From an uncultured Actinomycetota bacterium (GTDB taxonomy: Bacteria; Actinomycetota; UBA4738; HRBIN12): a DNA stretch of 64,000 nt. Positions 1 through 11,144 of the stretch are shown piece by piece (position 1 is the first letter of the stretch; each line of letters opens with the position of its first letter). Where the stretch lies: NCBI GenBank assembly GCA_963733635.1, contig CAVTEH010000005.1:760-64759 (forward strand). Reading direction: 5' to 3'. A program made the position numbers and the translations under genes. Below the pieces are notes generated by a model that saw only the letters and a list, made by a program, of their open reading frames with translations, was not told the origin of the DNA and made no database searches.

Positions 1-6
1 GAAGGA

Positions 7-725
7 TCAGCGTTGTGCGGCGAACGCGATGACCTCTCGCGCGAAGGCGTCTCCGAACGCGTGCGCGAGCCGACGGTAGTTGTGCCATCGCTCGGCGGTC
101 TCGGCTGCCAGTGCATCGAGATCGACGCCCTGGCCCCGCATCTCGTCGGCGTAGGTGCCGATCCACGAATGATCGCCGGGCTCACCTCGATGTGGAACTG
201 CACGGCCCAGGCGCGGTCCTCCGATCCGCGCGGCCTGGTTGAGGCTGCCGGTTCGTCCGGGGATCTCGCCGTTCTCGGGGATCCCGAACGTGTCGTAGTG
301 GAACTGGAACACGTGCGGCCGAGGTCCGAGTGCAGCAAGGACGGGGTCCTCGGCCGCTCGGGCATCCATCTTCCACCTGTGCCCACCCGATCTCGGCGAA
401 ACCGGTCTGCCCACCGGCGCGCCTGCGACGCCCGCCAGGAGCTGGCCGCCGAAGCAGACCCCAAGCGTCGGTGTGCCCCCGGCGACCGTTTTCTCGAGCA
501 CCTGCCGCTCGACGGACATCCAGGGGTGATCCGACTCGTCCTTGACGCCGACGATCGCTCCGAGCGGAGCACCCCGTCGTACTCGGAGACATCGAGCAGG
601 GGAGCGGGGCGCGAGTACGTGAACCACAACTCGATCGTCAGTCCGGCGTCGACGAGCGGCCCGCCGAGCTCGCTGAGATGGGCGTCGAGGTTGTGCTGGA
701 TCACCAGCAGCCGCGGAGCACGCAT
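7..725 (-). CDS. Type 1 glutamine amidotransferase-like protein (apparent frameshifts)
   Basis: Start MRAPRLLVIQHNLDAHLSELGG read by eye; ORF 7..627 has the nucleophile elbow LGVCFGGQLLA and FQFHYDTF. Confidence 0.8.
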
Positions 726-861
726 GGGGTCAAGATACGTGTCGCGGCCGCGATCGCGGGAGGGGCGTGGTTGCTCGTCCGCACGCGAGAGCCCCACCTC
801 CCGTTCGAGGTGGGGCTCTCGTCCTGAGGTCATCGACGGCCGTAGTGCGATGGGACGCCGC

Positions 862-1400
862 TCAGCCCTGGCCGGCTTCGGCCTCCTTGATCTGCTTGGC
901 GAGCTCGTCGGCCTCGGCGTCGATCGCCTTCGACACGAAGCGGTTCTCTGCCTTGACGCTCGCAGCGATCTGATCGGCCATGTTGGTGGCGTAGACCGCG
1001 AGGAGTCCGGCCTGGCCTCGGTCGAGCACCTCGCCGAGCATCTTCAGGTCCTCGTTGTCCATGCCGCCCTCGACGTGACCCTTCAAGGCCCCGATCGTGG
1101 CGCCGGCGGCGCCTCCCGCCAGGAGGCCGCCTGCCAACGCGATCCCGGGGAAGATGGCGGCAGCGGCGCCGATCGCAAGTCCCAACCCCAGGCCTTTCGC
1201 CGCGCCGTGCCGGGTGGGTTGCTCGTGCTTCTTGACGACGCGCACCTTGCCGTCTCGTCGCGCTCGAGCACCGCGGCGTCGAAGTCGTGCGAGGCTGCCA
1301 CCTCGTGGTACAAGGCCTTGACTGCCTCGTAGTCGACTTCGGCGTCGGACACGGTGTCGTACGACGCGGCCAACACCATCAGCATGTCGTTGTCGGCCAT
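862..1400 (-). CDS. DUF1269-family membrane protein (one frameshift)
   Basis: MADNDMLMVLAASY...DFDAAVLERD joins VRVVKKHEQPTRHGAAKGLGLGLAIGAA (Gly/Ala-rich hairpin); GAGGGAGG RBS upstream. Confidence 0.75.
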
Positions 1401-1588
1401 GCCTCCCTCGCTTCCCCGACCGATGCCGACCCTCGAGGGCCGGGGCTCACACCGGCCGATGGGCCCCACCATAGTCCTCTCGTCGAACGCTCGCTGATAC
1501 TCAGTCAGAGCACCGAAGCCGTCGACGGCGCGTGCAGCAGAGGCGACCGTGCTCTGTACGTGCGAAGCTTCGCCTGGGGGGAAAGCTG

Positions 1589-2691
1589 ATGATTGCGCAA
1601 CCAGTTGGAGATCCGGAAGAGCGAGAGCGTGTCGATCTGGCCCGGCCGGCCATCGGTCGCAGGCACGGGGTGGCGGTGTTCGCGGTGGTCACCGCGCTCT
1701 TGCTTTCGAGCTGCTCGGGTGGCGACGGGAATGACTCGAGCAGCGTCGCTCCGGGCTCGACATCGGCGTCTAATGGGAGCGCAACCTCGCCCACCGGTCA
1801 AGCCGAGTTGCCCCCGATCGTGACCATCCGTGACGCCGACGGCCAGACGATCAAGTCCACGTCCTCAGCCGATTGGGTCCTCGTGGCCTCCGGGCGTGCA
1901 TGGGTGAGCGGGGTCGGCCGCGGGGTCGGCTACTACGATGCCCGCACCGGACGCCTGCAGGGCTCGGTGGCCGTCCCACAGGGCCCCTGCGCGTCGATGG
2001 ACGAGGGGTTCGGCTCGGTGTGGACGGCGACCTGCGTGGAGCGGGGGATCGCGCGGATCGATCCCGAATCCGGCGCCCTCACTGCCTGGACCGCGGTCGA
2101 TGTTCCAGGCGACGGGGAGTCGAGCATCGGTGCCGGCGAGGGCGGTGTTTGGGCGATCTCCGACGGCGAGGAGTGCATCCAGTGCGTCCTCGTCCGCATC
2201 GACCCCCAGCGGGTGAAGATCGTCGATTCCTTCGACATCCCGGAGGGCGGCACGGCGGTTCGGGCCGGGGAGGGTGGCGTGTGGATCACGTACGTCGACG
2301 ACGACAAGGTGCTGCACGTCGATCCCAAGACGGGCGAGATCGTCGCGGAGATCGACGTCGGCCCGAGCCCGCGGTTCTTCGATGTCGGCCTGGTGGCGTT
2401 TTTGTCATGAATCAGCTCGAAGGGTCCGTGTCCCACATCGATCCGCAGTCGGACAGCGTCGTTGCAACGATCCCGGTCGATGAGTTGGGGATCTCGGGCG
2501 GTGACCTCACCGTCGGAGAGGGCTTCGTCTGGCTCCGTGCCAGCGAGGAACTGGTTGCGCAGATCGACCCCACGAGCGATCGCGTGGTCGCGCGGATCGG
2601 CGTCCCACAAGGAAGCGGAAGTGCAAGCGCCGGTGACGGGCAGCTCTGGATCTCGGCACACGACGTCGCGAAGGTCACCGGGTCCCCGTGA
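1589..2691 (+). CDS. Lipoprotein with beta-propeller (Vgb/YncE-like) repeats; frameshift near 2400
   Basis: Lipobox-like LLLSSC, Ser/Thr linker, repeated motifs GEGGVW / VxxIDPxxxxVVAxIxVG in ORFs 1532..2410 and 1873..2691. Confidence 0.75.
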
Positions 2692-2758
2692 AGAGCCACT
2701 AATCGTCTACAGCCCTTGGACGCGGCACGACCTCCACGAGGACGGAACCCATCGCGGA

Positions 2759-3247
2759 TCAGTCGAGCAAGGCGAGTGCTGCGAGGAACAGCGCGAACGG
2801 CACCCAGGTCGCGACCAGTTGGATCACGTTGATCGTGAAGTACTTGTGGCGTCCCGCCTCCCAGTCCGCCGGCATGGCGTCGGGGTCCCAGGCCATCATC
2901 ACCTTGTAGTGCGGTGTCTTCACCGCGTTCGAGAGGATGATCACACCGACGAACACGATCCCCAGACCGATCGCGGTGAGCACGAACGACGTGGAGCCGG
3001 GATCGTCCCAGAGGAGCACGACCGCAACGATCGACCCGAAGAACATCCCAGCCGACCAGGCAAGGTTGAACAACTTTCCCCAGCCATTCCCTGCGTATCG
3101 AAGGAACGCCTCCATGAAGTTCCGGAAGTCCCGGCCGTCCATCGCTGTGAGCATCGGACGCATGATCGCGCTGAGGATCCCCAACAGGCCAGAGGCAAGC
3201 CCCGCGAAGAAGGCAGATGCAGCCAACGCCCACTCCTCCCCTGTCAT
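2759..3247 (-). CDS. DUF1772 (anthrone oxygenase-like) membrane protein
   Basis: Four hydrophobic segments; C-terminal WDPDAMPADWEAGRHKY resembles the family motif. Confidence 0.65.
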   Translation of the reverse strand: MTGEEWALAASAFFAGLASGLLGILSAIMRPMLTAMDGRDFRNFMEAFLRYAGNGWGKLFNLAWSAGMFFGSIVAVVLLWDDPGSTSFVLTAIGLGIVFVGVIILSNAVKTPHYKVMMAWDPDAMPADWEAGRHKYFTINVIQLVATWVPFALFLAALALLD

Positions 3248-3313
3248 GTGGCACCCCCCGTGCAAATGACGTCCGATCGTATCGGTGCCTCACGGAGGCT
3301 CGCAAGTTGTTGC

Positions 3314-3865
3314 CTAGTAAGGACGATCCTCGCCGACCAAACCGTCGATCGATTCGCGGATGATGTCGGCGTGGCCGACGTGCCGCGCGTACTCCTCCAG
3401 CGTGTCGAGCAGCACGCGCCGGAGGTTCGGCGACCGTCCTTCGTCGTCGGTCATCCTCGTGACCGGCTGATCCAGACCGCCGCCGAGCACCTCGTCGAGG
3501 GCGGCGCGGGAGCGGGCCACGGCGTCCCGCCAGAGCGCGTAGAGCTCCTCGGGGCTGTCGTCGGCGGCCGAGCGCCAGTCCCAGTCGGGCTCGGCGTCCC
3601 AGTCCACCGCCCTCCATGGCGGTGGCATCTCGTGCCCGGCGATCCGCAAGGAGAAGGTGTGGTCCTCGACCAGCGCGACGTGCTTCAGCAGGCTGCCCAG
3701 CGTCATCGTCGAGGCGGCGGTCGTCGCGCGCAGGCCGGCGGCATCGAGGCCGCCGCACTTCCACGCGAAGGTCGCGCGCTGACGGTCAAGGGCGGCCACG
3801 ATCGCCGTGGCCTCGTCGGCCGCCAGGGGTGGATCGGGCCAGGGTTCCTGATCGATGTCGGCCAT
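3314..3865 (-). CDS. DinB/DUF664 family protein
   Basis: TLGSLLKHVALVED and EEYARHVGHADIIRESIDG motifs. Confidence 0.9.
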   Translation of the reverse strand: MADIDQEPWPDPPLAADEATAIVAALDRQRATFAWKCGGLDAAGLRATTAASTMTLGSLLKHVALVEDHTFSLRIAGHEMPPPWRAVDWDAEPDWDWRSAADDSPEELYALWRDAVARSRAALDEVLGGGLDQPVTRMTDDEGRSPNLRRVLLDTLEEYARHVGHADIIRESIDGLVGEDRPY

Positions 3866-3923
3866 GGCTGGTGAGTCTAGCGACGCACTCCGAGGCCGCA
3901 TCCCGCCTCAGCTTCGAGCAAGG

Positions 3924-4892
3924 TCAGATCCTGATGGCGATCTTGCCTCGTGCCTTGCCGGCCTCGAGGTGGCGCATCGCGTCGGGCACCTCGGCGAGCG
4001 GGTAGGTCTTGTCGATGATCGGCGTGACCTGGCCGGCCTCGATGAACCGGCTCACCCCTCGACGTGGTCGTGGTCCTCCTTGGAGGCGAGCATCGTCAGT
4101 CGTTGACCGACGAACGGCGAGATCGCGACCGCGCGGAGCGGCCGGCCGAAGCCGCCGGTCAACTTCGCCGCCCTCCTCGCCGCCGACGATGACGAGCGTT
4201 CCCTTGGGGGCCAGTGCCCGACGGAGCTCGGGAGGCTGTTGTTCCCGCCGATGTCGAGGATTAGGTCGTAGCGCTTGGCGCCGTCGGCGAAGTCCTGCTC
4301 GGGTGTAGTCGATGACGTGGTCGGCGCCGATGGAGCTGACCAGATCGAGCTTCGCGGTGCTGCACACACCGGTGACCTCTGCGCCGAGCGCCTTTGCGAG
4401 TTGCACGGCGTAGGTGCCGACGCCGCCGGACGCGCCGATGATCAGCACCTTCTGTCCCGCCTCGATGCGCCCGGCGCAGCGGCCTGGATCGCGGTGCCCC
4501 CGGAGATCGGCACGACCGCCGCCTGCTCGAAGCTGAGGCCGGCAGGCTTGTGGGCCAGCTTGTCCTCGAGCGCAGCCGCGTACTCGGCGAACGAGCCCCG
4601 GCTGATGCCGAACACCTCGTCGCCGGTCTGTGAACCTGGTCACATCGGAGCCGACCGCCTCGACCGTGCCGGCCACGTCGAGTCCGGGACCGGGTTCTTC
4701 GGCCGACGGAACCCGAACCCCATGATCCGCATCAGGTACGGCTGGCCGGTCATGCACGTGCCAGGTGCCCCGATCCATCCCGGCTGCGTGCACCTTCACG
4801 AGTACTTCGTTCGCCGCGATCTCGGGTCGGTCGATCTCGGCGAGACGCAGGACGTCGGCCGAGCCGTACCCATCCTGGACGATGGCCTTCAT
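3924..4892 (-). CDS. NAD(P)-dependent MDR-family (quinone oxidoreductase-like) dehydrogenase; several frameshifts
   Basis: MKAIVQDGYGSADVLRLAEI start; GASGGVGTYAVQLAKALGAEVTGVCS; C-terminal GKARGKIAIRI. Confidence 0.85.
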   Translation of the reverse strand: MKAIVQDGYGSADVLRLAEIDRPEIAANEVLVKVHAAGMDRGTWHVHDRPAVPDADHGVRVPSAEEPGPGLDVAGTVEAVGSDVTRFTDRRRGVRHQPGLVRRVRGCARGQAGPQACRPQLRAGGGRADLRGHRDPGRCAGRIEAGQKVLIIGASGGVGTYAVQLAKALGAEVTGVCSTAKLDLVSSIGADHVIDYTRAGLRRRRQALRPNPRHRREQQPPELRRALAPKGTLVIVGGEEGGEVDRRLRPAAPRGRDLAVRRSTTDDARLQGGPRPRRGVSRFIEAGQVTPIIDKTYPLAEVPDAMRHLEAGKARGKIAIRI

Positions 4893-4912
4893 CGTGCCCT
4901 TCTCTGTCTCGC

Positions 4913-5362
4913 TCACATCGATGCCGAGGCGATCGGTTCGAGGACGAACACGGGGATCTGCCGGGTCGTCTTCGTTTGGTAGTTCGCGTAGTCGGGCCAC
5001 GCGTCGACCGCGCGCTCCCACCAGAGGGCCTTCGCCTCACCGGAGACCTCGCGAGCCGTGTAGTCGCGCTTCGTCGCGCGGTCCTGCAGCTCGACATGCG
5101 GGTTCGCCTTCAGGTTGTGGTACCACATCGGATGCTCCGGGGCGCCGCCGAGCGACGCGACCACCGCGTACGTGCCGTCGTGTTCGACGCGCATCAGCGG
5201 GGTCTTGCGGAGCTTGCCGGTCCTCGCGCCGACGGAGGTCAGCACGATCACGGCGCGCCCCATCATGTCGCCGCCCTCCTCGCCGTTGGTCGCCTCGTAC
5301 CCCTCGACCTGCTTGCGCACGTAGCTTGCCGTGCTGGGTTCGTACTCACCGGTCAGTGGCAT
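4913..5362 (-). CDS. Deazaflavin (F420)-dependent nitroreductase family protein (Ddn-like)
   Basis: [50 protein letters not shown]. Confidence 0.9.
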   Translation of the reverse strand: MPLTGEYEPSTASYVRKQVEGYEATNGEEGGDMMGRAVIVLTSVGARTGKLRKTPLMRVEHDGTYAVVASLGGAPEHPMWYHNLKANPHVELQDRATKRDYTAREVSGEAKALWWERAVDAWPDYANYQTKTTRQIPVFVLEPIASASM

Positions 5363-5735
5363 ATCGATCTCCTGTCAGGCTTCGGCCGCCGCGCTCCGTA
5401 GACTTCTTCGCCGGCAACGATCCCGCGTACCTCGTGCCGATGCGGACCCATTTCTCGAGCTGGCGCTTCGTGCGGACGCCCTCGGTGTCCACCCGGAGCC
5501 AGCCCACCATCGAGCGGCCGCGCATCTCCATCGGTCGCGCGGCCGTCGTAGCAACGAGCTTGTCAGAGTCTGCCGGGTCGGCGCGCACCAACAGACCGCC
5601 CTGTCCGCTCGCCGCGACCGCCATGTTCCCGCCGATCAGGAACGCGAGCCCCCCGAACATCTTCTGCTCGGTCACGGCGGCATCGCCGGGGAGCAGCTGG
5701 CGGATGCGGTCAGCGAGGTCTTCGTCGTAAGCCAC
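5346..5735 (-). CDS. TfoX/Sxy N-terminal domain protein
   Basis: [12 protein letters not shown]...[18 protein letters not shown]...[14 protein letters not shown]. Confidence 0.85.
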   Translation of the reverse strand: MAYDEDLADRIRQLLPGDAAVTEQKMFGGLAFLIGGNMAVAASGQGGLLVRADPADSDKLVATTAARPMEMRGRSMVGWLRVDTEGVRTKRQLEKWVRIGTRYAGSLPAKKSTERGGRSLTGDRYATDR

Positions 5736-6351
5736 GACCCGATGATACGGAGCAGCGCCGACGAGGAGCGTCCCTTCACGATGCGGTAGCGGATGTGCGT
5801 CGCGAGCGGTCGGTCGACGACCTCGATCGGCTCGAGCTGGAGGTGCCCGATGCCCATGTCCTCGAACATGCGCGTCCCACTCCCGAACAACACCGGCACC
5901 AGGTGGATCTGGATCTCGTCGACCAGCCCTGCCGCGATGAGCTCCCGTCCCAGCCGGGCGTCGCCGACGACCACGACGTCCTGCTCGCCGGCGTGTCCTT
6001 CGCTTGCTGCACCGCGGACTCGATGCCGTCCGTCACGAAGTGGTATACGCCGTTCTCCGGTGACTCCGCCGGCGCCTCGTGTGTCACGATGAACACGGGG
6101 ATCCGCTCGGCACCGCTCGGTCCGTCGGCGCCGCACCAGGGGAGTGAGTGGTCATACGTCACGCGACCCACGATCGTGGCGCCGCCATGGCCCATCGCGT
6201 GCTCGGCGTACTCCCGATCGCGCGGACCGGAGCTGAACCCCCACTCGTGCAGCTGCTCGCCACCCTTGCCGAGCGGCTCCTTCGGCGTCTGCTCGGATGC
6301 GGTCATGAACCCGTCCAGCGACATGCTCGTCTGGAAGATCACGCGTCCCAT
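5672..6351 (-). CDS. Dihydrofolate reductase-like / RibD C-terminal domain protein (frameshift near 6000; 3' end uncertain)
   Basis: SMSLDGFMT, GRVTYD, GLVDEIQIHLVPVLFGSGTRMF, ATHIRYRI. Confidence 0.85.
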
Positions 6352-6682
6352 GTATCCCTCCTTGTCCGCAGCAGTCCGCTGCAGACTAGCTTCGGCCCTG
6401 ACGCCGTTGCCGTGCGAGTTCGTTCCCGAGGGACGCTGCCCGGTGGGGCGGGCGTGGTGATGTACCCACCGTCGCGACACGGTGGGTCGCGCTCGCTGGG
6501 TCTATCAGCCGCGGTCCTCGGCGCCCGGGAACAGGGCCATAAAGCAGTCGTACACGAACAATGGATCACGGCGGCGGCCTTGGCGTACGACCGGCAGCCG
6601 GAAGAGCTGGTCGAGCAAGGCCAAGGCGTGCGGGGCTCGCTTGCCGCTCGGAGATCAGGCCCCGATCTCCTTCGGTGGTGGC

Positions 6683-7318
6683 CTAACCGAGGTCAGGCCA
6701 CGGGGCGACGTCGACCTCGTTGCCCTCGGCGTCGGCCAGGGTCCACCACTGTGGGGCCTCGTCCCGCACGACATGACCGCCCGCCGCGAGCGCTGCCGCG
6801 ACGCGGGCCTCCGCTTGGTCGTGCGGCACGTAGAGATCGATGTGGATGCGGTTTCGTTGGGGGCGCGGCGCATCCATCTGCTGGAACCAGAACGGCGGTC
6901 CCTGCATAAGGGCGTCCTGCACGTCCTCATCACCCACTTCCTGGTAGCCGAGCACGGCCCGCCAGAACGGCAGCACCTCAGGGATGACGAGGGCGTCGAT
7001 CGCGATCTGAACGGTCTGCAGGCCAGTTGGGTCGATGGACACGCCCAGCTCGCGTGCCGCCGATGAGATCTGTCCAGCCAGCGCGACGTCACGCTCGCTG
7101 AACTCACCGACGTTGTTCGAGCTCAGACGCACCGTCACGCCCTCCGAGCGCAGATCGACGTCGGGGTGACGGGTGGCCACGTCGGCTAGTCGAGCGATCG
7201 CGTCCACCAGTTCGGCGCCCGCCGCGAACGACCCGGTGCGGAAGTGCGCGCACGCGGCGTCCCTTATGACCCGCCAGTCGCTCTCGTGGAACCGCTGCGG
7301 TGAGATCCGCTCGGTCAT
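6683..7318 (-). CDS. Pterin-4a-carbinolamine dehydratase-like domain fused to a VOC/glyoxalase domain
   Basis: N-half HPDVDLR..VTVRL...SERDVALAGQIS; C-half FWRAVLGY, RNRIHIDL, WWTLADAEGNEVDV. Confidence 0.85.
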   Translation of the reverse strand: MTERISPQRFHESDWRVIRDAACAHFRTGSFAAGAELVDAIARLADVATRHPDVDLRSEGVTVRLSSNNVGEFSERDVALAGQISSAARELGVSIDPTGLQTVQIAIDALVIPEVLPFWRAVLGYQEVGDEDVQDALMQGPPFWFQQMDAPRPQRNRIHIDLYVPHDQAEARVAAALAAGGHVVRDEAPQWWTLADAEGNEVDVAPWPDLG

Positions 7319-7349
7319 CGGCTCAGCATCCCGGCCGCTCGACGTCCGG

Positions 7350-7490
7350 TCAGTCTCCGGCGGCCCAGGCGATCGCCTGTGCACGCTCGGCGACCAGGAG
7401 GCGCTTGAGCTCGGTAGTCGGAGGCTTAGATCTCACCCGTGCCCTCGAAACCCAAGACACCCTCAGGCAATCTGCGATCGGCTCCAGCAT
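7350..7490 (-). pseudogene. Probable remnant of a SpoIIAA-like (STAS/SEC14) gene
   Basis: With one frameshift reads MLEPIAD-LPEGVLGFEGTGEI*ASDY, like the family N-terminus; then degenerates. Confidence 0.4.
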
Positions 7491-7548
7491 GTCCTCGAGC
7501 CTACCGCGGTTCGCGTACGTCTCGGCTGGTCCTAAGATGCAGAGCGAG

Positions 7549-8271
7549 ATGACTTCTCGGCTCGACGCCCTCTGCTTCGATGCGAACGATCCGCTCCGGC
7601 TCGCGCTCTTCTGGGCCGCCGCGCTCCGGTGGGAGGTCGACGACGAGGACCAGGATGTGATCGAACTCGTGCCGACGGATGGCATCAGGTTCGGGATCCT
7701 CTTCCTGGCGGCTCCGAAATGAGAAGATCGGGCGCGAACCGGCACCATCTCGATCTGACGACGACGTCACTCGACGACCAGAGCGGAACGGTCGAGCAGC
7801 TGATCGAACTCGGCGGCCGCCACATCGACATCGGTCAGAGCCCGGACGACGAGCATGTCGTGCTCGCCGACCCCGAAGGCAACGAGCTCTGCATCATCGA
7901 GCCGACCAACAACTTCCTCGCCGACTGCCCACGCATCGGAGCGATCAACGGCGACGGTTCGCAGGAGGTGGGGTACTTCTGGAGTGCCGCGCTCGGATGG
8001 CCGTTGGTCTGGGATCAGGACCAGGAAACCGCGATCCGGGCGCCGGACCGCACCGGTCCCATGATCACCTGGGGCGGTCCACCGGTCGCGCCGAAGCACT
8101 CGAAGAACCGGCTCCATCTCGACATCGCTGCCCACCGACGGTGACCAGCGAGCGGAAGTCGATCGGCTCATCTCGCTCGGGGCGGCTCGGGTCGACATCG
8201 GCCAAGGCGATGTTGACTGGGAGGTCATGGTCGATCCCGATGGCAACGAGTTCTGCGTGCTGAGCTCCTGA
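7549..8271 (+). CDS. Two-domain VOC/glyoxalase family protein (frameshifts)
   Basis: FDANDPLRLALFWAAAL, NRHHLDL, VLADPEGNELCII, KNRLHLDI, VMVDPDGNEFCVL. Confidence 0.9.
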
Positions 8272-8272
8272 G

Positions 8273-9138
8273 TCACCTCGGTCCGACGAGGTACCACGTC
8301 TCCATCTCGCCCTTGCCCTTGACCGGGATCGTGCCTCGCGGCGTGCAGACGAACGCGTCCTTGATCAGCTCGTACGTCGCGCGCGTGATCTGGATCTCGC
8401 CGGGTGTGCCGTTGGACTCCATGCGACTCGCCGTGTTCACGACGTCGCCACAGAGGTCGTAGATGAAACGCTTCGTGCCGATCACGCCCGCCGTGATCGG
8501 CCCGGAATTGATGCCGATCTTTAGCTCGAGATCATCCGGTCCGGCGATCGCCGAGGTCGCGATCGCTGAGCGGCGAATGACGCGAGGACCGTGAAGGCCA
8601 CGGCGCCGGTCCCGATCACGTTGAGCGCCAGCATCGTGTTCGTGAACCAGATCGGGACGTCAACGTCGGGGAAGAACAGCTCGCCCACGATACCCAGCAG
8701 AACGAACGCTGCCATGAACCCGACGAACCACCAGATCGCCTGGCGCACCTCCAGGAAGACGAGCGCTCCGAGTGGAGCCAGGATCCCCCACAGCCCGACC
8801 CCGCCCGCCGGCAGGAACCCGCCCGAGACCATCTGCCCGAGCGCCGTCATGAGCAGGACGTCGAGGAGCTGCGTGACCAGGAACGGCATGAAGCTCTCGG
8901 TCTTCGCGAAGACCACCAACGAGCCGACCGAGATCGCGAGGTACATGAATGGCAGGATCCCCACCGGCGACCCGAACGCGAGGTACGCGCAGCCCCACAC
9001 CACCGACACAGGCAGGATCAGGACCGCAAGCAGGACCAGGAGTGACTTCTTCTGCCGCAGGTCGTCGTCGTCCTGCGGGTCCGAACCGATCTTGCCGATC
9101 CGCACGGCCGCTCGTGCCGGCACCCCCATCGGGCGCAT
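8273..9138 (-). pseudogene. Membrane-anchored class III adenylate/guanylate cyclase with internal deletion
   Basis: Multi-TM N-terminus joins near 8560 directly to LELKIGINSGPITAGVIGTKRFIYDLCGDVVNTASRMES; first half of the catalytic domain is missing. Confidence 0.75.
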
Positions 9139-9187
9139 CTTCCCACTCGCGCAGAGTGAGCACGACCGACACGGTCGTGCGGGCGGA

Positions 9188-10403
9188 TCAGGTGAGGCGG
9201 CGAGCTTCCGAGAGACGGACGGGCTGTGCGACGCCCTTGAGCGCCACCGGCCCGATGTCATCGAATGTCACATCGGCATCGGTCGTCGCCAGGGTCGTCT
9301 GGTCGTCGACCAGGACCTGGTTGGCGGTCGCGTACGAGGCGATGCGCGAGGCGAGGTTGACGGTCCTTCCGAAGTAGTCCCCGCTCTGGAACACCAGCGG
9401 CCCGGCTGCGATCCCGACGTGCACAGGGGGCAGGCCGGCGGTCGGCACGTCGTCCCGCATCTCCAGGGCGAACCCGACCGCCTTGGCCGGCTCCTTGAAG
9501 TGGACCATCACGCCGTCGCCCAGCCACTTGACGGGACGGCCGGCTCGGTCGTGCGACCCTCGTCGAACCAGTTCTCCCAGCCTGGTGGAGACCTTGGCGG
9601 CGGCCGCATCGCCCTCCTCCTCCGTCAACTTCGGTGTAGCCGCTCACGTCCAGGAAGCACATCGCCGGCGGATGTTTCCCGCCCTGATGAAGGCCCGCCT
9701 GTTCCAAGGTCGCCTCGACCGCCTCGACGACGCCCGCCATCCACGTGTGCTCCGACCGTGCGTGGTACGTGGAGAGCAGGGCCGGGTCGAGCAGCGGGGA
9801 GACCCTGCCGGACAGCTCGCCCGTCGCGGCGAGCATCTGCGACTGGCTCATGCCCGACTCCAGGAGTGGAACCTCAACCTCTTCGTGCCAGAACGTGGCA
9901 TCGGCATCCGCGATCCGACCGAGGTTCTCGCCCCAGACCCGCAGTTGTTGTTCGATCGCGTCCGGACGCACCCCGGAGGCGATCGTCACCTTGAGCAGCT
10001 CGATCGCTTCGAACTCGTCCATCCGCACCCGATCCTGAGGCGATGGGCTCGCGTAGCCGTTCGACTCCCGGACCGCCGCCAGCAAGCCATGGCCCAGTCC
10101 CGTGTCCCTACTGACGTCCGCGAACGTCTCGTCGCTCAGGCCGCCGAACCGATCCCAGTAGTCGTCGTCGAAGAACTCGAAGGAGAGGTCGCCGTCGCGG
10201 ACGACCTCGCCGACGGCCTCCAGCGCCACCCCACCCTGCTCCAGCCCCAGGAGGAAGCGGGTCCGCCACACATCCCCGCCCGTGAACGTGTCCGCGTCGT
10301 CAGGGATGATGAGGTCGGCATCGACCAGCCGATCGACGTCGCCGACGGCGACGCCGACACGGTGCGCAAGCGCTTCGCGTGTGATCCCCACAACAACCAT
10401 CAT
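9188..10403 (-). CDS. Soluble class III adenylate cyclase with N-terminal regulatory region (Rv1264-like); frameshift near 9630
   Basis: MCFLDVSGYT, VKWLGDGVM, GDYFGRTVNLASRI, VALKGVAQPV. Confidence 0.85.
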
Positions 10404-10427
10404 CGCAGTCCCGGACAAGGAGGCATC

Positions 10428-11102
10428 GTGACCACGTTCGTCCTGATCCATGGAGCCGGCGACTCGGGGTGGTACTGGCACCTCGTGGAAGCGGAGCTCC
10501 GTGCGCGCGGCCACGACACCGTCGCGCCCGATCTGCCGGTCGATGGTTCGACGCTGACCGAGTGCGCCGCGGCGGTGGTCGAGGCCGTCGGGACACAGAC
10601 CGCTCCGGTCGTTGTCGTCGGCCAGTCGTTCGGAGGGTTCATCGCCCCGCTCGTCGCCGCGCGGCTGCCCACCGAGGTGCTGGTCCTCGTCGCCGGGATG
10701 GTCCCCTCGCCGGGGGAGGCGCCCGACGATTGGTGGGAGAACACCGGCTACGGGCCGGCTGTGCGCGAGCAGGCGGCGATCGACGGCGGGCTCACGGGGA
10801 ACGAGGATCCATCCATCACGTTCTTCCACGACGTTCCCGCCACGATCGCCGAGGAAGCGATGCGGCGCGAGCGCGGCGGGTCGATCGGCGGCCTCGACCA
10901 GCCGTGGCCCCTGGAAGCGTGGCCAGCGATGCCGACCAGATTCGTGCTGTGCACCGAGGACCGGTTCTTCCCGGCCGCGTTCTGCCGCCGACTCGTCGAC
11001 GAACGGCTCGGCATCGTGCCGGACGAGATCGAGAGTGGCCACTGTGTTGCCCTCAGTCGGCCGGTCGAGCTCGCAGACCTATTGGACGGATACGTAACGT
11101 GA
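10428..11102 (+). CDS. Alpha/beta hydrolase
   Basis: FVLIHGAGDSGWYW, GQSFGG nucleophile motif, SGHCVALSRP; AGGAGG RBS. Confidence 0.9.
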   Translation: MTTFVLIHGAGDSGWYWHLVEAELRARGHDTVAPDLPVDGSTLTECAAAVVEAVGTQTAPVVVVGQSFGGFIAPLVAARLPTEVLVLVAGMVPSPGEAPDDWWENTGYGPAVREQAAIDGGLTGNEDPSITFFHDVPATIAEEAMRRERGGSIGGLDQPWPLEAWPAMPTRFVLCTEDRFFPAAFCRRLVDERLGIVPDEIESGHCVALSRPVELADLLDGYVT

Positions 11103-11144
11103 CGGCGAGGATGGGTCAGATCCTGCGAAGAAGGAGTCGACGCG

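Noticed and set aside
6360-6680. Possible small RNA or ORF in the 320-bp gap (9-bp hairpin at 6464-6487)
   Set aside because: No recognisable RNA family or convincing ORF; the hairpin alone is unremarkable at this GC content
8273-10403. Cyclase pair as a Pycsar/CBASS-like defence system
   Set aside because: Both resemble ordinary actinobacterial class III adenylate cyclases, and no adjacent TIR, nuclease or dedicated effector gene is present
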